Of a DNA stretch of 64,000 bases, positions 17,177 through 25,250 are shown piece after piece. Position 1 is the stretch's first letter, and each line of letters starts with the position of its first letter. This stretch comes from Actinomycetota bacterium (GTDB taxonomy: Bacteria > Actinomycetota > Actinomycetes > Mycobacteriales > SCTD01). Both the position numbers and the translations under genes were made by a program. Below the pieces are notes generated by a model, which saw only the letters and a list, made by a program, of their open reading frames with translations, was not told the DNA's origin and did not search any database. The stretch is from the NCBI GenBank assembly GCA_046723735.1, contig JBKOVB010000113.1:2333-66332 (forward strand), given 5' to 3'.

Positions 17177-19098
17177 CCGTGGCCTCCGGTCACGACGCCA
17201 CACAGCTCGAGAGCACGCCGTCGGCCCTCGAGCACAGCCTCAAGCACGGTCCGCGGCGCGACGCAGTCCCCAGCCCTGAGCGTGCCGGTCGTGTAGAGCG
17301 ACTCCTGAGGCAGCCGGTGGCCGCAGTCGACGACGACGGCGCAGGGCACCTCGCGCCGGACGCCGGTCCAGACGTCTTCGAGCACCGCAGTGCCACTGGA
17401 AGCCTTGCGCAGCAACGACTTCAGCTCGCGCGGCACGCCGGCACGCAGCAGCCGGGTGTTGCAGTCGGCGAGGTCTCCGGTCAGCGACAGCTGGGTGCCG
17501 ACGACCGGGTCCTGGGTCACGAGCCGGACCTCGCGCCCTTCGCGCGCGAGTCGCTCGGCGACGCTCACGCCGACCGGGCCACCCACTGGGTCCAGCACGA
17601 CGACCGGGCCCTCGGGCGCGAGTCCCCGCAGCGCCTGGCGGCTGTCGAGGACCGGGACGTCCAGGACGAGCTCACGGCGCCGCGACCCGGTGGCCAGCAC
17701 GACCGGTCCGGCCCAGGTCTCGAGCTCGGCCTCGGTCACGGTGGTGTCGGTGCGGACGGTGACGCCGAGCCGGTCGCACTCCGCGGCGAGCCAGTCGGTG
17801 AGGGCACGCAGCCGCTCACGGCCGGCGCCCAGGGACGCGTCGTTGACCGCGCCGCCGAGCACCGGGAGCGCCTCGTGCAGCTCGACCTGGCGGCCCTGCA
17901 GCGCCAACACGCGCGCGCACTCCATGCCCGCGGGGCCTCCGCCGACGACCAGCACCGGCTCGCCGCCGCCACCTCGTTGCGTCCGCTCGGCTGCCGCGCG
18001 GCTCGAGCGGATGCAAGGCTCGGGGTCCGTGGTCTCGTGCCCTGACCGGGGCTCGCCGATGCACGACACGAGCGGGTTGCGGGCATCCCGGACGCGGCAG
18101 GCCTGGTTGCACAGCACGCACGGCCGCGGCGTCTCGCCGGTGCGCAGCTTCGCCACGAGCGAGGGCTCGGCGATCTGCGCGCGGGTCATCTCGACCACCT
18201 CGCACACCTGGTCGGCGAGCGCCTTCTCGGCGACCGCCGGCGACACGACAGACCCCTGCAGCACAACGGGAACGCCTGCGACAGCGCGGATCTGCGCACA
18301 CAACTCGCGGTTGAACGCCTCAGAAACGTGGGCGTCCGGCCGGTACGCCGACCCGGCGAACGGCCCGGCCTTCACCACCACGAGCAGGTCCACGAGCCCG
18401 GTCACCGACTCGACAACCGGCACGACGTTCTCAGGGGTGATGCCGGCCCACGGCGCGAGCTCGTCGCAGGACAGCCGCAGCGACAGGAGCTTGTCCCCGA
18501 CGGCCTCGCGTACGGCGGTCAGCACCTCGCGGAGCAGGCGGCCCTTGTCGGTGCCGTAGCCGTCGCCCCGCTGGTTGGTGACCCCGGACACGAACTGCCG
18601 CAGCAGCGAGCGGTCGCCCGCCTCGACCTCGACGCCGTCGCAGCCGGACGCGACCGCGAGCGCGGCCGCGGACGCGAAACCTGCTGTCAGCGCGGCGATC
18701 TCGTCGTCCTCCATGACCTGCGGCATCTCGCGGTTGACCGCGTCCGCCACCGGCGAGGCCCCCCAGAGCGCGGCCTGGGAGTACGCCGAGGAGCCCTGGT
18801 TTCCGGTGTGCCCGAGCGAGGCAAGCACGAGCGCCGGGCCGCACGCGTCCTTGACCGCCCGCCAGCCTGGGCCGCACTCGGACGCGAGCGGCGCCCTCTC
18901 GTAGGGCCAGTCCGACGCGTGCACCGACGCGGTCTCGGTCACGACGACGCCGCACCCGCCGGCCGCACGCGCGGCGTAGTAGGCCACGTGCCGGTCGGAC
19001 AACGCGCGACCGCGGCCGAGGTTGGTCTCGTGCGGCCCGAAGAGCACGCGCGCCGGGGCGGTGACCCCGCCGAGGTCGACGGGCGAGGTGAGCAGCAT
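17173..19098 (-). CDS. Mycofactocin-system FadH/OYE family oxidoreductase 1
   Basis: RVLFGPHETNLG, DWPYERAP, CVLCNQAC..CIGEP, VLVVGGGPAG, GDCVAPR; ATG 19098 overlaps the mftC stop. Confidence 0.9.
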   Translation of the reverse strand: MLLTSPVDLGGVTAPARVLFGPHETNLGRGRALSDRHVAYYAARAAGGCGVVVTETASVHASDWPYERAPLASECGPGWRAVKDACGPALVLASLGHTGNQGSSAYSQAALWGASPVADAVNREMPQVMEDDEIAALTAGFASAAALAVASGCDGVEVEAGDRSLLRQFVSGVTNQRGDGYGTDKGRLLREVLTAVREAVGDKLLSLRLSCDELAPWAGITPENVVPVVESVTGLVDLLVVVKAGPFAGSAYRPDAHVSEAFNRELCAQIRAVAGVPVVLQGSVVSPAVAEKALADQVCEVVEMTRAQIAEPSLVAKLRTGETPRPCVLCNQACRVRDARNPLVSCIGEPRSGHETTDPEPCIRSSRAAAERTQRGGGGEPVLVVGGGPAGMECARVLALQGRQVELHEALPVLGGAVNDASLGAGRERLRALTDWLAAECDRLGVTVRTDTTVTEAELETWAGPVVLATGSRRRELVLDVPVLDSRQALRGLAPEGPVVVLDPVGGPVGVSVAERLAREGREVRLVTQDPVVGTQLSLTGDLADCNTRLLRAGVPRELKSLLRKASSGTAVLEDVWTGVRREVPCAVVVDCGHRLPQESLYTTGTLRAGDCVAPRTVLEAVLEGRRRALELCGVVTGGHG

Positions 19099-20243
19099 CA
19101 GACCGGCGATTCGTTGCAGGGTCGCGCGCTGATGGTCACGGGCACCGGGCCTCCGCGGACGCCGCCCCGGTGGGAGTGGTCGCCGCTCGGCCTGGGTGCG
19201 GAGGAGACCCCGGCGAGGGCCAGCTCGCCGTACCCCTGCACGCACTCGGGGTCGGGACCGTCGAGCGGCAGGCCGGTGAAGAACTTCGCCGCCATGCAGC
19301 CGCCCTGGCAGCTGTCGTAGAACGAGCACGACGTGCAGGCGCCGGCAGACTGCGGCTGGCGCAGCGATGCGAACAGCTCCGACCCCCGCCACACCTGCTG
19401 GAAGCCCCCGGGCTCGCGGACGTTGCCGGCGAGGAACTCGTCGTGGATCGCGAACGGGCAGGCGTACACGTCTCCCACCGGGTCGATGAGGCACACCACG
19501 CGCCCGGCGCCGCACAGGTTCAGGCCGGGAAGCGCTGCACCGTAAGCGGAAAGGTGGAAGAACGAGTCTCCCGTGAGCACCTGCTCCCCGTGGGCGAGCA
19601 GCCAGTCATAGAGCTCACGCTGCTGCTCCGGCGTCGGGTGCAGCTCGTCCCACACGTCCGCGCCTCGTCCGCTCGGCCGCAGCCTGGTCAGCCGCAGCGT
19701 GGCGCCGAAGGAGTCGGCCAGCGCCTTGAAGGCGTCGAGCTGGCCGACGTTGTGCCGGGTGCAGACGACGCTGATCTTCGCGTCCTTGAAACCCGCGTCA
19801 CGCAGGTGCCCGAGCGCCCGCAGCGCCATGTCGAACGATCCCTGCCCGCGCACCGCGTCGTTGACCGCGGCGGTCGCGCCGTCGAGCGAGATCTGCACGT
19901 CCACGTAGTCGCTCGCCGCGAGCCGGGACGCCACCTCGGCGTCGATCCGCACCCCGTTGGTCGAAAACTTCACGCCGACCTTGTGCGCGGTGGCGTAGTC
20001 GACGAGCTCCCAGAAGTCCGCGCGCACGGTGGGCTCGCCGCCGCCGATGTTCACGTAGAACACCTGCATACGCTCGAGCTCGTCGATGACCGCCTTGCAC
20101 TCGTCGGTCGACAGCTCCCGCGGGTCGCGCCGACCCGACGACGACAGGCAGTGCACGCAGGCGAGGTTGCACGCGTAGGTGAGCTCCCACGTCAGGCAGA
20201 TGGGTGCGTCCAGCCCGGTCTTGAAGTGCTCGACCAGCTTCAC
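19098..20243 (-). CDS. mftC: Mycofactocin radical SAM maturase
   Basis: GLDAPICLTWELTYACNLACVHCLSSSG; SPASM domain CGAGRVVC..ACPF..CTSCSFYDSCQGGCMAAKFFTG. Confidence 0.98.
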   Translation of the reverse strand: MKLVEHFKTGLDAPICLTWELTYACNLACVHCLSSSGRRDPRELSTDECKAVIDELERMQVFYVNIGGGEPTVRADFWELVDYATAHKVGVKFSTNGVRIDAEVASRLAASDYVDVQISLDGATAAVNDAVRGQGSFDMALRALGHLRDAGFKDAKISVVCTRHNVGQLDAFKALADSFGATLRLTRLRPSGRGADVWDELHPTPEQQRELYDWLLAHGEQVLTGDSFFHLSAYGAALPGLNLCGAGRVVCLIDPVGDVYACPFAIHDEFLAGNVREPGGFQQVWRGSELFASLRQPQSAGACTSCSFYDSCQGGCMAAKFFTGLPLDGPDPECVQGYGELALAGVSSAPRPSGDHSHRGGVRGGPVPVTISARPCNESPV

Positions 20244-20482
20244 GACGTCAGCATCCCGGTGGTCTCCAGCGTGGCCAGCGCCGTGCGGAACGCCGGCCGC
20301 TCTCCCTCCGGTACGCCGGACAGCGCCTCCTCGACCGACGTGCTGCCGTCGAGCCGCTGCACGACCTCGAGCAGGCGGCGGTCCTTGAGGAACGACAGCC
20401 GCCTGGTGCCGAAGTGGTAGAGCAGCGCGCCGAACGGCTCGGGCCGGACGGACACCTGCGGGTGGAGCGCGAGCACCGGCAT
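20240..20482 (-). CDS. mftB: Mycofactocin biosynthesis chaperone (RRE/PqqD-like)
   Basis: LHPQVSVRPEPFGALLYHFGTRRLSFLK signature; alternative GTG start at 20494. Confidence 0.95.
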   Translation of the reverse strand: MPVLALHPQVSVRPEPFGALLYHFGTRRLSFLKDRRLLEVVQRLDGSTSVEEALSGVPEGERPAFRTALATLETTGMLTS

Positions 20483-20541
20483 GGGACTCGCCACGGCTCG
20501 CCCGTCGCTCGTTGCCGTGGGCAACTCCCTTCTCCTGCTCG

Positions 20542-20649
20542 CTAGTAGACGCCGCACATGCCGTCGATGGACACGTCCTCGACGAGCAGGTCCTCCTCGA
20601 CCAGGGTGTCGTCGACGACCTCGACCTCGAGCTCAGCGGTCTCAGGCAC
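20542..20649 (-). CDS. mftA: Mycofactocin precursor peptide, 35 aa
   Basis: Manual translation MPETAELEVEVVDDTLVEEDLLVEDVSIDGMCGVY*, with AGGAGG RBS and GTG start; conserved IDGMCGVY C-terminus. Below the ORF-track size cutoff. Confidence 0.98.
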   Translation of the reverse strand: MPETAELEVEVVDDTLVEEDLLVEDVSIDGMCGVY

Positions 20650-20693
20650 GGTTCCTCCTAGGGTGACGGCGGTCACAAGCAGGTGGCACCATA

Positions 20694-20712
20694 AACGGCA
20701 CTCGGTGCAACA
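20694..20712. promoter_or_regulatory. Putative MftR operator
   Basis: GGCA-CTCGG-TGCA at 20697-20709 between divergent mftA and mftR; one mismatch to the GGCA-N5-TGCC MftR operator as I recall it from mycobacteria. Confidence 0.7.
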
Positions 20713-20732
20713 AACAAGAGGAGTCCCGCAGG

Positions 20733-21293
20733 GTGAGACCAGGGCGTCCGGCCGTGACGAGCCGCGGCGAGCTCGAGCTCGTCGCGCTGGACCTTTTCGC
20801 CGAGCGGGGCTTCGACAGCACCACCGTCAACGACCTGGCCGAGGCCGCGGGAATCGGGCGCCGCACGTTCTTCCGCTACTTCCCGAGCAAGAACGACGTC
20901 GTGTGGGGCGACTTCGAGGCGGCACTGCAGGGGTTGCGCGAGCGGCTGGCCGCGGTGCCCACCGACGTGCCGCTGCTCGACGGGATCCGGGAGGCGGTGC
21001 TCGCCTTCAACGCCCTGCCCAAGGAGGCCGAGCCGCAGCACCGCGTGCGGATGGCGATGGTCCTGCACACCCCGGCGCTGCAGGCGCACTCCACGCTCCG
21101 GTATGCCGGGTGGCGGGCCGTCATCGCCGAGCACGTGGCCGAGCGCACGGGTGCCCGGCCGGACGACTTCGGGCCGCGGTTGGTCGCGCACCAGGCGCTG
21201 GCCACCGCGGTCGCGGCGTACGAGCAGTGGCTCGAGCATCCCGGCTCGGAGCTGCAGCGCTTGCTCGACGAGGCCTTCCGCTCGCTCGGCTGA
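20733..21293 (+). CDS. mftR: Mycofactocin system TetR-family regulator
   Basis: GRPAVTSRGELE..LFAERGFD.TTV..GIGRRTFFRYFPSKNDVVWGDF; PALQAHSTLRYAGWR. Confidence 0.95.
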   Translation: MRPGRPAVTSRGELELVALDLFAERGFDSTTVNDLAEAAGIGRRTFFRYFPSKNDVVWGDFEAALQGLRERLAAVPTDVPLLDGIREAVLAFNALPKEAEPQHRVRMAMVLHTPALQAHSTLRYAGWRAVIAEHVAERTGARPDDFGPRLVAHQALATAVAAYEQWLEHPGSELQRLLDEAFRSLG

Positions 21294-21297
21294 CGGC

Positions 21298-22281
21298 TCA
21301 GCGGGCGGGGTCGCGCACCGCGGCGACGTCGAAGAACGGCGCCAGCCGAAGCGGGGATGCGAACGCGAGCCCGTCCACGTGCCGACGGCTCATCAGCACC
21401 ACGCCGTCGCGCATCTCGAGCCGCGGCCGGACGTCGATGTCGACCTGGATGGTGAAGCCGGCGTCCCGCAGCTGCCGCCGGCCGGCGGGCGTGGGCCGGG
21501 AGCCGTACGGGTAGACGAGGACGTCGACCGGCCCGAGCACGTCGGCGACGCGCGCCCAGCGTGCGAGGTCGTGGACGATCACGGTGCGGGACGCGGACGC
21601 GAGCGTGACGTGGCCGAACGTGTGGCTGGCGAGGGTCCACCCATGCACCCGCAGCCAGTCGGCGAGCGCCCGCACCTGCGGCGATCCGGGGTCGGGGTCG
21701 CCGAAGAAGCCCTCGTATCCCGTAAGGGCGAGGACTCCCCTGGCGCCATCCGCGGAGAAGTCGGGGTGCGCGGCAACGAAGCGCTCGACGAGAGGCACGA
21801 CGTCCTGATCGGACGGCGCCCCGTCCACGACCGCCCGCGGCCCGGCCGGCGTGAGCACCAGGCCGGAGGCGAGTCCGCGGCCGCGGAAGTACGCGTAGTA
21901 GTTGACGTCGTCCTCATACAGCACGAGTGGCTTGCGGCCCTCGGGGACGTGCACCGTGCCCTCCGCCACCCGGTGGACGTCGACGAGGGTCCAGCCCCGC
22001 GACTCGAGGCCGCTCAAGACCCCCGAGAACTCGCGCGCCGTCACGAAGTAGTCGCGGAAGCCCTGACCGAGGCGGTCCGCGCGGAAGGCACGGGCGGGGT
22101 CCAGCACGAGAGGGTGCACGAACAGCTGCTCGACGGGGCCGTGCCAGGGGACCAGCCGCACGGACGCCGTCGGCGAGACCGAGGGCGTGGGGGCGGCCGA
22201 GGGGCGGGAGACCACGGCAGGCCCGGAGGCGCAGGCCGTCGCCAGCGCCAGGACCGCGAGCGCGACCGCGCCGCCCCTCAT
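21298..22281 (-). CDS. Polysaccharide deacetylase-family lipoprotein
   Basis: Lipobox LATAC; VEQLFVHPL, PEGRKPLVLYEDDVNYY, LALTGYEG, ASHTFGH, VYPYG. Confidence 0.8.
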   Translation of the reverse strand: MRGGAVALAVLALATACASGPAVVSRPSAAPTPSVSPTASVRLVPWHGPVEQLFVHPLVLDPARAFRADRLGQGFRDYFVTAREFSGVLSGLESRGWTLVDVHRVAEGTVHVPEGRKPLVLYEDDVNYYAYFRGRGLASGLVLTPAGPRAVVDGAPSDQDVVPLVERFVAAHPDFSADGARGVLALTGYEGFFGDPDPGSPQVRALADWLRVHGWTLASHTFGHVTLASASRTVIVHDLARWARVADVLGPVDVLVYPYGSRPTPAGRRQLRDAGFTIQVDIDVRPRLEMRDGVVLMSRRHVDGLAFASPLRLAPFFDVAAVRDPAR

Positions 22282-22386
22282 GGCTCCTCCACCCCTCGTC
22301 GGCCGCTGGTCGACGACCCGCGCAGTAGACCGCCTCGAGCACTCCCGGAGCCAGCACCCGGGCGGGTCGACCCGTTGCTGTCGTAC

Positions 22387-22400
22387 TGGAACAGGTTCTA
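22387..22400. promoter_or_regulatory. KstR-type operator overlapping a -10 element (TAGTCT, 22399-22404)
   Basis: TGGAACAGGTTCTA is an exact match to TNNAACNNGTTNNA; GTG start lies 6 nt after the -10 (leaderless). Confidence 0.75.
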
Positions 22401-22410
22401 GTCTGAACCC

Positions 22411-22893
22411 GTGCTGAACGGGCCCGTCACGCAGACCTGCTGGGTCGTGCCCGACGTCGCGACGACGGAGAAGGCGCTGGACGAGCTCCTGGGCGTCACG
22501 CGCTGGACCCGGATGGAGGACGTGGTCTTCCCGGCCGAGGTCACGTCGTACCGGGGCCGGCCAGCCGAGATCATCGCGCACGTCTCGCTGGCCTACCACG
22601 GCGACCTGCAGCTCGAGCTCATCCAGCCGGTGCGCGGCAGCAGCATCTACACCGAGCTCCTCGACCGGGTCCCGACCGGCGGCCTGCACCACGTCGCGGT
22701 CGAGGTCGATGACCTCGACGCCGCGATCGCCGACGCCGGCTGGCCGGTGGCGCAGCAGGGCTCGATGGCGGACGGCGCGATCCGGTTCGCCTACGTCGAC
22801 GGCGCCACGTTCGGCGTGCCCTTCGTCGAGCTCATGCAGATCGCCCCCGCGATGCGCGCGTTCTACGACCACGTCAAGCAGGAGAGCCAGTGA
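22411..22893 (+). CDS. VOC (glyoxalase/methylmalonyl-CoA epimerase-like) family protein
   Basis: QTCWVVPD, LQLELIQPVRGSSIY, GGLHHVAVEVDD, FAYVD, FVELM. Confidence 0.85.
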   Translation: MLNGPVTQTCWVVPDVATTEKALDELLGVTRWTRMEDVVFPAEVTSYRGRPAEIIAHVSLAYHGDLQLELIQPVRGSSIYTELLDRVPTGGLHHVAVEVDDLDAAIADAGWPVAQQGSMADGAIRFAYVDGATFGVPFVELMQIAPAMRAFYDHVKQESQ

Positions 22894-22945
22894 ACTCACC
22901 CCACCACGTCGCTCGCAGCCGCTCACGACGCGGCGGGGGCCCCGC

Positions 22946-24394
22946 ATGAGCAGCGAGATCCCCGCCACCGTCGCCGCGGCCGACGTCCAGGACTGGTCTG
23001 ACGAGGTCGACGTCCTCGTCGTCGGCTTCGGGATCGCAGGCGGCTGTGCCGCGGTCGAGGCGGCGGCTGCAGGCGCGAAGGTCCTGCTGCTCGAGCGGGC
23101 TGCCGTCGCGGGCGGCACCACCTCGATGGCCGGTGGGCACTTCTACCTCGGCGGCGGTACGGCGGTGCAGAAGGCCACCGGCCACGAGGACTCCCCGGAG
23201 GAGATGGAGAAGTACCTCACGGCGGTGGCTCTGGAGCCGGAGCCGGACAAGATCCACGCCTACGCCCAGGGAAGCGCGGCACACTCGGACTGGCTGGAGG
23301 CGTTGGGCTTCCAGTTCGAGCGCAGCTTCTACCCGGAGAAGGCCGTCATCCAGCCCGGCACCGAGGGCCTGATGTACACGGGCAACGAGAAGGTCTGGCC
23401 CTACCGGGAGATGGCCAAGCCGGCCCCCCGCGGCCACAAGGTGCCGGTGCCGGGCGACACCCAGGGTGCGAAGATCGTCATCGACCTGCTCGTGAAGCGG
23501 GCCGCCGACCTCGGGGTCGAGGTGCGGTACGAGACGGGTGCAACCCAGCTCGTCGTCGACGGCGAGTCGGTGGTCGGTGTCGGCTGGCGACGCTTCGACG
23601 AGACGGCGTTCATCCGGGCCAGGGCCGTGGTCATCGCTGCCGGCGGGTTCGTGATGAACAAGGAGATGGTGGCCGAGCACGTCCCGCAGCTCGCGGAGAA
23701 GCCGTTCGTGCTCGGCAGCACCTACGACGACGGCCTCGGCATCCGGCTCGGGCAGTCGGCCGGCGGCGCCACGAAGTTCATGGACCAGCCGTTCATCACC
23801 GCGCCGGTCTACCCGCCGTCGCGGCTGCTGACCGGGATCATCGTCAACAAGGACGGGCAACGGTTCGTCGCCGAGGACTCCTACCACTCGCGCACCTCGG
23901 GCTACGTCATGGACCAGCCCGAGCGGCGGGCCTACCTCGTCGTCGACAGCGCGCACATCGAGCACCCCGACTTCCCGCTCGTGCCCTTCGTCGACGGCTG
24001 GGAGACGGTCGAGGAGATGGAGGCCGCACTCGGCATCCCGACCGGGGCGCTGGCCGCCACGCTCGACCGCTACAACGCGAACGCCTTGGAGAAAGACGAC
24101 CCGGACTTCCACAAGGCCGAGGAGTACCTCGAGCCGCAGGACCGGGGACCCTGGGGCGCCTACGACCTGTCGCTCGGCAAGGCCATGTACGCCGGGTTCA
24201 CGATCGGTGGGCTGGCCACCTCCGTAGACGGCCAGGTCCTGCGCGCGGACGGCTCCGTCGTACCTGGGCTGTACGCCGCCGGAGCCTGCGCTGCCAACCT
24301 CGCCCAGGACGGCAAGGGCTACTCGAGCGGGACGCAGCTGGGCGAGGGGTCGTTCTTCGGCCGACGCGCAGGCAGGCACGCCGCGTCGCTGTGA
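22946..24394 (+). CDS. FAD-binding 3-ketosteroid dehydrogenase-like flavoprotein (delta-4 type)
   Basis: DVLVVGFGIAGGCAA, GGTTSMAGGHFYLGGGT, AAGGF, RFVAEDSYH, FTIGGL, GLYAAG, GYSSGTQLGEGSFFGRRAG; preceded by a KstR box. Confidence 0.8.
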   Translation: MSSEIPATVAAADVQDWSDEVDVLVVGFGIAGGCAAVEAAAAGAKVLLLERAAVAGGTTSMAGGHFYLGGGTAVQKATGHEDSPEEMEKYLTAVALEPEPDKIHAYAQGSAAHSDWLEALGFQFERSFYPEKAVIQPGTEGLMYTGNEKVWPYREMAKPAPRGHKVPVPGDTQGAKIVIDLLVKRAADLGVEVRYETGATQLVVDGESVVGVGWRRFDETAFIRARAVVIAAGGFVMNKEMVAEHVPQLAEKPFVLGSTYDDGLGIRLGQSAGGATKFMDQPFITAPVYPPSRLLTGIIVNKDGQRFVAEDSYHSRTSGYVMDQPERRAYLVVDSAHIEHPDFPLVPFVDGWETVEEMEAALGIPTGALAATLDRYNANALEKDDPDFHKAEEYLEPQDRGPWGAYDLSLGKAMYAGFTIGGLATSVDGQVLRADGSVVPGLYAAGACAANLAQDGKGYSSGTQLGEGSFFGRRAGRHAASL

Positions 24395-24495
24395 GCGGAG
24401 GGGCGAGCCGCCGAAGGCAGCGTGCGCCGTAGCGAACCGGGAATACTGAGCGAACAGGCGTGCGTCCTCACGGGGACGTCTGCAAGGGTGACCTC

Positions 24496-25248
24496 ATGAC
24501 CTCCCCCCTCCCCGAGCCCGGCACCGACCTGGCCGTTCACGCCGTCGACGTCCGCAAGACTTACGGGAAGGGCGAGACCGCCGTGCTCGCGCTCGCGGGC
24601 GTCTCGCTGGACGTGCCGCGAGAGCAGATGTGCGCGGTGATGGGCCCCAGCGGGTCCGGCAAGTCGACCCTCATGCACTGCCTCGCCGGCCTCGACACCG
24701 TCGACAGCGGGCTCATCACCATCGGCGGCACCAACGTCACGGGCCTGGGCGACCGCGCGCTCACCGCGCTGCGGCGCGACCGGGTCGGCTTCGTCTTCCA
24801 GCAGTTCAACCTGCTCCCGACCCTCACCGCCGCGGAAAACATCACGTTGCCGCTGGACATCGCCGGCCGGAAGCCCGACCCCTCCTGGTACGACGAGGTG
24901 GTCAAGACCCTCGGCCTCGAGGACCGCCTCCGGCACCGACCCTCCGAGCTCTCGGGCGGACAGCAGCAGCGGGTCGCCTGCGCCCGCGCACTCATCACCC
25001 GGCCGGACGTGGTGTTCGCCGACGAGCCGACCGGCAACCTCGACTCGCGGTCGGGGGCGGAGGTGCTGTCGTTCCTGCAGCGCAGCGCCCGCGAGCTCGG
25101 CCAGACGGTGGTCATGGTGACCCACGACGCCAACGCCGCGTCGTACGCCGACCGGGTCGTGTTCCTGGGGGACGGGCTGATCGTCGACGACATGACCGAG
25201 CCGACCGCTGAGCGGGTGCTCGACCGCCTGAAGAAGCTGGGCGAGTAG
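24496..25248 (+). CDS. ABC transporter ATP-binding protein (LolD/MacB-like)
   Basis: GPSGSGKST, LSGGQQQR, VFADEPTGNLD, VTHD. Confidence 0.95.
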   Translation: MTSPLPEPGTDLAVHAVDVRKTYGKGETAVLALAGVSLDVPREQMCAVMGPSGSGKSTLMHCLAGLDTVDSGLITIGGTNVTGLGDRALTALRRDRVGFVFQQFNLLPTLTAAENITLPLDIAGRKPDPSWYDEVVKTLGLEDRLRHRPSELSGGQQQRVACARALITRPDVVFADEPTGNLDSRSGAEVLSFLQRSARELGQTVVMVTHDANAASYADRVVFLGDGLIVDDMTEPTAERVLDRLKKLGE

Positions 25249-25250
25249 CC

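Noticed and set aside
14354-17296. 980-aa plus-strand ORF
   Set aside because: Antisense to etfA and OYE2; a high-GC stop-poor artefact with no motifs.
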